Positions 57,538 to 64,000 of a stretch of 64,000 bases of DNA are shown piece after piece. This stretch comes from Parcubacteria group bacterium GW2011_GWC1_36_108. Lineage in GTDB: Bacteria; Patescibacteriota; Minisyncoccia; Moranbacterales; GWC2-37-73. The translations under genes were made by a program, and so were the position numbers. The stretch spans positions 108,141 to 172,140 of the forward strand of contig LBRD01000002.1 in assembly GCA_000991245.1 (NCBI GenBank), read 5' to 3'. How positions within the stretch are numbered: position 1 is the first letter of the stretch; every line of letters begins with the position of its first letter. The notes under the pieces were generated by a model, which had not been told where the DNA came from, did no database searches, and saw only the letters and a program-made list of their open reading frames with translations.

Positions 57538-60500
57538 ATGGAAAATATTACCAAGGTGAGCGATTTCAATAGCGTCCGACTTCGACTAGCAAGTCCTGAT
57601 GCGATCATGAATTGGTCTCACGGTGAAATAACAAAACCTGAAACAATAAATTATCGAACCCAACGTTACGAAAAAGATGGTTTGTTCTGTGAAAAAATAT
57701 TTGGACCATCGAAAGATTGGGAGTGTTATTGTGGAAAATATAAACGAATTAGATATAAGGGAATCGTGTGCGACAAATGCGGAGTCGAAGTGACTCGCTC
57801 AATCGTGCGAAGAGAAAGAATGGGTCACATCAAATTGGCTGTGCCTGTTTCCCACATTTGGTTTTTGCGAGGTGTGCCTTCAAAAATTGGCTCAGCTCTT
57901 GGACTTGGCGTGCAGGACTTGGAAAAAGTTATCTATTTTTCAGCCTACATCATTAAGGAGGTTAATGAAGAAGTTCGCGACCGTGTGGTTGATCAATTGG
58001 AGCAGGAATACAAAATGAAGCAAAAGGAAATCAAGGGTGGAAAAACTGAAAATGAACGAAGTGCAGAAACAATGTTAGATGAACTTCGCGAACAATACAA
58101 AGGTGTTAAGGATGATTTGAAAAACCTTAAACCAATGCAGATTCTTTCAGAACTTGAATATTTCAATCTTTCTTCAAGATTCGGGCAGGTTTTTTCTGCC
58201 GGAATTGGAGCTGAAGCAGTTCGCGCAGTGCTTGAATCAATGGATATCGAAAAGATGATCAAGCATGTGAAGAAGGAATTGGAAAATGAAGATACTGCTG
58301 ACAAGAAAAAACTTTTCAAGAGAATGAAATTGTTCCAAGGTTTCAAAAAAGCTGGGCTTAAGCTTGAATGGATGCTTCCAACAGCTATCCCAGTTATTCC
58401 ACCAGATTTGCGACCAATGGTTGCTCTTGATGGAGGACGTTTTGCAACTTCAGATTTGAACGATCTTTATCGTCGTATTATTAACAGGAATAATCGTTTG
58501 AAAAAATTGATTGATCTTGGAGCTCCTGAAGTTATCACTCGAAATGAAAAAAGAATGCTTCAGGAAGCAGTGGATGCACTTTTCGACAACTCTGCTCGCA
58601 AAGGACAATCATCAGTGGCTGCTTCAACTGGACAACGAAGACCGCTTCGTTCATTGGCTGATGCGCTTAAGGGAAAGCAAGGACGTTTCCGACAAAACTT
58701 GCTTGGAAAACGTGTGGATTATTCTGGACGATCTGTGATCGTGGTTGGACCGCAGCTTAAACTTCATCAAGCAGGTTTGCCGAAGAAGATGGCTTTGGAA
58801 CTTTTCAAACCGTTTATCATCAACAAGCTTATTGAAAAAGAATTTGCGCATAATGTTAGAACTGCTGGACGAATGGTTGATGCTGAAGCTGAAGAAGCAT
58901 ATGAAATTTTGGATGAAATCATCGAGCATCACTATGTGCTCCTAAACCGTGCGCCGACTTTGCATCGTTTGTCTATTCAAGCTTTTCAACCAGTATTGAT
59001 CGAAGGAAAAGCCATCCAGGTTCATCCTATGGTTTGTGCCGCTTTCAATGCTGACTTCGATGGAGACCAAATGGCTGTGCATGTTCCTTTGACCGATCAA
59101 GCTCGCGATGAAAGTGCAAACATTATGCTTTCTTCTAAAAACCTTTTGAAACCTGCTTCTGGAGAACCAATCGCAGTGCCTTCTAAAGATATTGTGCTTG
59201 GAATTTATTTCATTACACATATAAAAGCTGGCGTGAAAGGCGAGGGAAAGATTTTTGCTACTGAGGAAGAAGCACTGTTGGCATATCAACTTGGATATAT
59301 TGCAGTTAATGCAAAAATTAAAGTTGATGTTGAAGGAACAATTCTTGAAACATCAGCTGGACGCATTATGCTTAATGATATTTTGCCAGTTGAACTTCGT
59401 TTCATTAATGAAGAAATGACGCAAAAAGAAATTAAGCAATTGGTGGCCAAAATGCTACGAATGAAAGGACAAGAAGAAACAGCTGCTTTTATCGATCGCA
59501 TCAAATCACTTGGATTCAAAATGGCTGGACGCTCTGGTATTTCTTGGGGAATGGATGATCTTAAACAATCACCAGTGAAAAAGGAAGCGATGATCAAAGC
59601 TGAAGCAGAAGTTTCAACCATCAATCAACAATATGCAATGGGACTTTTGACTGAAGAAGAAAGAAAGAATCGTGTTATTGAAATTTGGAACCGAACCAAG
59701 AATTTAATTGCTGACGCAGTGAAAGCTTCACTTGATAAGGAAGGAACAGTATACACCTTGGTTCATTCAAAAGCTCGAGGATCTGAATCAGTAGTGGTAC
59801 AGATGATGGGTATGAAAGGACTTGTGGCTGGACCGACTGGAGAAACGATTGAATTGCCTGTAAAAAGCTCCTTTAAAGAAGGTTTCAATGTTTTGGAATA
59901 TTTCATTTCAACTCATGGAGCTCGAAAAGGTATGGCTGACACAGCTCTTCGAACTGCAACTGCTGGATATCTTACTCGTCGTCTCGTGGATGTGTCTCAA
60001 GACATTATCGTGCGTGAAGAAGATTGTGGAGACACTGAGGGCGCATTTATTTATCGAGCTGATTCTGATCGTATCGGGCAAAGTTTTGCAGTGCGAGTGG
60101 AAGGACGATATCTTGCCGAAGATGTTATTGATCCAGCAACGAAAAAAGTTATCATCAAAAAAGGAGTGTTGGCAACCAAGGAAGATGGTCAAGTAGTGGA
60201 AGCCGCTGGAATTTCTGAGGTTAAAATTCGCAACGTTGTTACTTGCAAGAGTAAGCGAGGAATTTGTCGACATTGTTACGGAATCGATCTTGGTCGCAGC
60301 AACTTGGTTGCAATCGGTCAGGCTGTCGGTATCGTCGCTGCTCAAGCCATTGGTGAACCAGGAACACAGCTAACGATGCGTACTTTCCATACTGGAGGTG
60401 TTGCGGGTGGATCTGACATCACACAAGGACTTCCACGTGTTGAAGAAATTTTCGAATGTCGCCCACCGAAGGGAGAAGCGATGATTTCAGAAGTTGATGG

Positions 60501-61116
60501 AAAAATTATTGACGTGATAAGTGAGAGCAAAAAAACAGTTACTGTTAAGATTGAAACGACTGAAGGCGAAGTGGTTGAATACCAAGTTCCAGCTGAATCA
60601 ACACTGGTTGTTTCCAAGGGACAACTCATTGGCAAAGGAACACAATTTAATGAAGGTCACATTGATCTTAAAAAATTGTTTGAAACAATGGGGCAGGAAG
60701 CAATTCAACGCTATGTTATTCAAGAAATTCAGGAAATTTATGCTGCGCAAGGTGAAGCGATTAGTGATAAGCACGTTGAAGTTATCATTCGTCAAATGCT
60801 TTCTCGTGTGAAAGTTATCAGCGCGGGAGACACCGATCTTTTGCCAGGGGACATCGTTGAAAAAGATCAATTTGAAGAATCCAATAATGAAGCGATTGCT
60901 GCCAAGGAAGAAATTGCTGTTGGCGAACAACTTATTATGGGAATCACAAAAGTTGCTCTTTCAACCGAATCATTCCTTTCAGCTGCATCCTTTCAAGAAA
61001 CTGCTCGCGTTTTGATTAACGCTGCAGTAACTGGAAAAGATGATCGTTTGCGAGGACTTAAGGAAAATGTTATTATCGGACGCTTGATTCCTGCAGGAAC
61101 AGGATACCGCAAATAG
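57538..61116 (+). CDS. rpoC: DNA-directed RNA polymerase subunit beta'
   Basis: Zinc-binding CYC...CDKC, catalytic [39 protein letters not shown]. Confidence 0.99.
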   Translation: MENITKVSDFNSVRLRLASPDAIMNWSHGEITKPETINYRTQRYEKDGLFCEKIFGPSKDWECYCGKYKRIRYKGIVCDKCGVEVTRSIVRRERMGHIKLAVPVSHIWFLRGVPSKIGSALGLGVQDLEKVIYFSAYIIKEVNEEVRDRVVDQLEQEYKMKQKEIKGGKTENERSAETMLDELREQYKGVKDDLKNLKPMQILSELEYFNLSSRFGQVFSAGIGAEAVRAVLESMDIEKMIKHVKKELENEDTADKKKLFKRMKLFQGFKKAGLKLEWMLPTAIPVIPPDLRPMVALDGGRFATSDLNDLYRRIINRNNRLKKLIDLGAPEVITRNEKRMLQEAVDALFDNSARKGQSSVAASTGQRRPLRSLADALKGKQGRFRQNLLGKRVDYSGRSVIVVGPQLKLHQAGLPKKMALELFKPFIINKLIEKEFAHNVRTAGRMVDAEAEEAYEILDEIIEHHYVLLNRAPTLHRLSIQAFQPVLIEGKAIQVHPMVCAAFNADFDGDQMAVHVPLTDQARDESANIMLSSKNLLKPASGEPIAVPSKDIVLGIYFITHIKAGVKGEGKIFATEEEALLAYQLGYIAVNAKIKVDVEGTILETSAGRIMLNDILPVELRFINEEMTQKEIKQLVAKMLRMKGQEETAAFIDRIKSLGFKMAGRSGISWGMDDLKQSPVKKEAMIKAEAEVSTINQQYAMGLLTEEERKNRVIEIWNRTKNLIADAVKASLDKEGTVYTLVHSKARGSESVVVQMMGMKGLVAGPTGETIELPVKSSFKEGFNVLEYFISTHGARKGMADTALRTATAGYLTRRLVDVSQDIIVREEDCGDTEGAFIYRADSDRIGQSFAVRVEGRYLAEDVIDPATKKVIIKKGVLATKEDGQVVEAAGISEVKIRNVVTCKSKRGICRHCYGIDLGRSNLVAIGQAVGIVAAQAIGEPGTQLTMRTFHTGGVAGGSDITQGLPRVEEIFECRPPKGEAMISEVDGKIIDVISESKKTVTVKIETTEGEVVEYQVPAESTLVVSKGQLIGKGTQFNEGHIDLKKLFETMGQEAIQRYVIQEIQEIYAAQGEAISDKHVEVIIRQMLSRVKVISAGDTDLLPGDIVEKDQFEESNNEAIAAKEEIAVGEQLIMGITKVALSTESFLSAASFQETARVLINAAVTGKDDRLRGLKENVIIGRLIPAGTGYRK

Positions 61117-61166
61117 GTATTAGGTTCTAGGGATTAGGTTTTAGGATATACAATACAAATCTTCTT

Positions 61167-61193
61167 GTCATTCCCGCGTAGGCGGGAATCCAG
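61167..61193 (+). repeat. REP/dRS3-like palindrome
   Basis: GTCATTCCCGCGTAGGCGGGAATCCAG matches ATTCCC-N8-GGGAAT; single copy in the window. Confidence 0.6.
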
Positions 61194-61240
61194 GACCTTA
61201 GCACAACTTTGCTCAGTATAGAGCAGTATGGAAAACATCA

Positions 61241-61268
61241 AACGTCTCACGAAAGTGAGGCGTTTTTT
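61241..61268 (+). terminator. rpoBC terminator
   Basis: AACGTCTCAC-GAAA-GTGAGGCGTTTTTT. Confidence 0.85.
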
Positions 61269-61548
61269 GTTGTCAAAATTTGCCATATTTGAGCCAAATT
61301 TAGGACTTATCCACAGTGATGTCTTGCAGTGATAAAGTATCAGTGATAGAATAGCATTAACGAAGTAAGAAAGTTCATAAAGTTATAAAATAAGATATAA
61401 AATCCTAAGGTACCAATTTGGCACCTTAAGTCACGGAAGAAGCAATAGGTTTTAAGAATAGAAAAAAATAATTAATTTTTTAAAAAGATATAGTGTTTGC
61501 ATCGTTCTTTATGAACTTTATGAACCTTATAACTTTATAAACTAATCT

Positions 61549-62211
61549 ATGCAATTAACAGCGAAACAAAAAAACATTCTTGAATCAATTCGAGAACTCA
61601 CAATGCAAAAAGGAGAAAAACCAACCAGCTATCGTGTTTGCAAACATCTTGTTTCTCAAGGTGCAAAGGAGAGTATGAAATCAGTGATGCAAGTAATTGA
61701 ATCACTCGAAAAAAAGGAACTCATTACTCGCGATGATAAAAAGAAGATTTATCTTGTTGAGAATGATAGTTACGGAGATGCTCAAAATGTTATGTCGATT
61801 CCACTTTATGGTTTGGCATCTTGCGGAGAAGCCCTGGCATATGCTGATGACAACAGTACTGATGATTTTTTGCAACTATCTCGCAGTCTTTTTCACAGAG
61901 CTGAGCCAGAAAAACTTTTTGCAGTCAAAGCACTTGGAGACTCGATGAATAAAGAGGGAATCGGCGATGGAGATTATGTTATTTTTGAAAAAGCGGAAGG
62001 TCAAAATGATTTTGAAGGAAAGATTGTGGTGGCAGTAATTAATGGTATGGCCACAATAAAGCGATACAAAAATATGGGCAAAGGCATAATCGGACTTTTT
62101 CCACATTCTACGAACGAAACACATCATCCGATTTATTTGTCAGAAGTTGATGTTATTTTTGTGGCTGGAATTTTCAAAAAAGTTTTGCCAGTGAAATTTA
62201 TAAGCCTATAA
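61549..62211 (+). CDS. lexA: LexA-family repressor (S24 peptidase)
   Basis: N-terminal LTAKQKNIL winged helix, cleavage site IPLYGLASCG, catalytic GDSM and TIKR. Confidence 0.85.
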   Translation: MQLTAKQKNILESIRELTMQKGEKPTSYRVCKHLVSQGAKESMKSVMQVIESLEKKELITRDDKKKIYLVENDSYGDAQNVMSIPLYGLASCGEALAYADDNSTDDFLQLSRSLFHRAEPEKLFAVKALGDSMNKEGIGDGDYVIFEKAEGQNDFEGKIVVAVINGMATIKRYKNMGKGIIGLFPHSTNETHHPIYLSEVDVIFVAGIFKKVLPVKFISL

Positions 62212-62318
62212 ACATAAAATTTTAAATTTGAAATTTTAAATTTGAAATCAAATCCAAATGTTTAAATGTTTTAAAATTTAATATATTTTAAAATTAAAAA
62301 TTAAAAATTGTTTCCGAT

Positions 62319-62609
62319 ATGAACATCATAACCACAATTGAATATTTGGCTGCAATGATGGTTGGTTTTTACTTGATCGGACTACTTATGGTGTGGATTT
62401 ATGAATTCAAGCGAAATGCTATTTATAAGAAAATGCAAGAGAAAGCCAAGAATCTTGAGCAGATGCATTTGAGTATGGCAGTTACGCATGCTAAAGCATA
62501 TAAAATTATGCAAGATTATCGACGCGACAGCTCAGCGGCTGAAAGAGTGCAGCAATTTATTCTCGAAAATGTGTTGTTAATAAGGAGAAGTACTTTGAAA
62601 AGTGAATAA
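62319..62609 (+). CDS. Single-TM hypothetical protein
   Basis: 96-aa ORF with N-terminal TM. Confidence 0.7.
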   Translation: MNIITTIEYLAAMMVGFYLIGLLMVWIYEFKRNAIYKKMQEKAKNLEQMHLSMAVTHAKAYKIMQDYRRDSSAAERVQQFILENVLLIRRSTLKSE

Positions 62610-62679
62610 TGCGATAATATAGAAACAAATAGGGAAATGTGCTAAAATTAAAGCATATTAATTTTATCTAATTTTGGCT

Positions 62680-64000
62680 ATGGGAAGAAGAAAAAAACAA
62701 CAAGAAGATGTCGAAAATGAGGAAATAAAGCCTATTATTCATGGAGATGCAAAACGTAGCTTGGTAGCAATATTTTTATTTGTTCTGGCTGTGTTGTTTG
62801 TGTTGGGATTCTTGGCGGATGCAAAGATCGTGGGCTCTGGCTGGCTATTGGATTTTTTGAATTTGGTTGTTGGTTGGATGTTTGGAGTTGGAAAATATAT
62901 CTCTCCAATTGTGCTAATTATTGCCGGAATAATATTGCTTTTTCGAAAAGAGACATTGTTTTATGTTTCAAAGCTCATTGGACTTTTTATCGCATTTGCT
63001 AGTGTTTTAGGACTTATTCATATTTTAGCCTATGATGCTGACAAAATGCTGGAAGTTGCTAAGCTTGGAGAAGGCGGTGGTTTTCTGGGATATATTTTTG
63101 CGTTTCTTTTGTTGAAACTTGCTGGAATTATTGGCGGGAGTGTGATCTTGATAGCGCTGTTGCTTATGGGTGTTATCGTGGCTTTCAATTTTTCTTTGGT
63201 AACCTTGATTAAGAAATTTTTTCACAAAAAAATTGCTCAAGATGAAACTGAAAAAGAAGAGATGGAAGAAGAGCAGCAAGAAGAAGATCTTGAGGAAGTT
63301 TTGGAAGATCCAATTGTTGAAGTTGAAAAACAAACTGATCTTGAGGAAACAGAATTTGTGCAGGATCCCAATGAAAATGAGGAAATGGATAGTCGTATGA
63401 ATAATGTTCTCAAAAAGGCTGCAGCTTGGATGCCTAAAGGAAAAGATAGGGCAAAAAAAGAGCAGTCAATCGTAGATTGGGAATTGCCACCGGTTAGTTT
63501 GCTTGATAGCGTGATCGAGAAAGCTCAAGGCGGAGATGTGCAAAAAAATGCCAAAATAATTCAAGATACGCTTAAGAATTTTGGAATCGAAGTTGAATTA
63601 GGTGAGATTAAAACTGGACCAACTGTTACTCAATACAGTTTCCGTCCTGCGGTTGGTGTGAAGTTAAGCAGAATCACTGCGCTTAGTAGCGATCTTGCAC
63701 TTCGCTTGGCTGCACGTCAAGTTCGAATTGAAGCTCCAATCCCTGGAAAATCATTGGTTGGAATCGAAGTTCCTAACAAAGCAAATGCAACAATAAGATT
63801 GCCGGAACTTCTTTCAGCTTTGGAATTTGAAAATAGAAAATCAAATTTGCTTTTGGCTTTAGGAAAAGATGTGAGCGGAAATTACATTTTTGGCGATTTG
63901 AAAAAAATGCCACATTTGTTAATTGCCGGTTCAACTGGTAGTGGAAAAAGTGTCTGCGTGAACACACTTTTGCTTTCAATGTTATATCAAAATTCTCCAG
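62680..64000 (+). CDS. ftsK: DNA translocase FtsK/SpoIIIE (partial, runs off window end)
   Basis: Not in ORF track. MGRRKKQQ start, 4-TM region, GPTVTQY, RIEAPIPGKSLVGIEVPN, DLKKMPHLLIAGSTGSGKSVCVN. Confidence 0.96.
   Translation, partial: MGRRKKQQEDVENEEIKPIIHGDAKRSLVAIFLFVLAVLFVLGFLADAKIVGSGWLLDFLNLVVGWMFGVGKYISPIVLIIAGIILLFRKETLFYVSKLIGLFIAFASVLGLIHILAYDADKMLEVAKLGEGGGFLGYIFAFLLLKLAGIIGGSVILIALLLMGVIVAFNFSLVTLIKKFFHKKIAQDETEKEEMEEEQQEEDLEEVLEDPIVEVEKQTDLEETEFVQDPNENEEMDSRMNNVLKKAAAWMPKGKDRAKKEQSIVDWELPPVSLLDSVIEKAQGGDVQKNAKIIQDTLKNFGIEVELGEIKTGPTVTQYSFRPAVGVKLSRITALSSDLALRLAARQVRIEAPIPGKSLVGIEVPNKANATIRLPELLSALEFENRKSNLLLALGKDVSGNYIFGDLKKMPHLLIAGSTGSGKSVCVNTLLLSMLYQNSP

Noticed and set aside
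4007-60930. Numerous short antisense or alternate-frame ORFs inside pilB, valS, PBP, rpoB, rpoC and others
   Set aside because: Fully nested in well-supported genes and lacking motifs; treated as shadow ORFs.
61307-61315. DnaA box as evidence for oriC
   Set aside because: Single perfect box with no cluster and no dnaA/dnaN nearby.

Overview
AT-rich bacterial chromosome segment. Gene content and style suggest Patescibacteria/CPR, Parcubacteria-like (inference): minimal TsaB, core genes without Shine-Dalgarno, tRNA-Arg(UCG), and a compact type IV pilus locus. Core genes are partial thiI, ychF, a histidine kinase/receiver pair, a type IV pilus cluster (pilB, pilC, three pilin-like genes, pilM/N/O), four clustered tRNAs, a VanW-family gene, Hsp20, valS, tsaD, an ECF sigma factor, dedA, esterases, a GT4 glycosyltransferase, mpg, SOD, an FKBP isomerase, two large surface proteins, gdhA, a class A PBP, an amidase, rpoB, rpoC, lexA and partial ftsK. 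The accessory biology lies next to two tRNAs. (1) A 5.0 kb serine-recombinase element sits at the tRNA-Glu 3' end, and its excision would swap the recombinase C-terminus. (2) A recombinase-less tandem array of cargo cassettes lies downstream of tRNA-Gly, delimited by 38-bp repeats whose only two differences are synonymous in one frame. Both tRNAs also have a 20-nt inverted copy of their 3' end downstream. Two window-wide patterns stand out. Ten orphan or accessory genes carry strong Shine-Dalgarno sites, mostly with consensus promoters and terminators, whereas the core genes I inspected have no SD. Several families of 7-9-nt tandem repeats occur in intergenic DNA and in-frame inside tsaD and valS. 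Product calls come from motif recognition only; no database searches were run.
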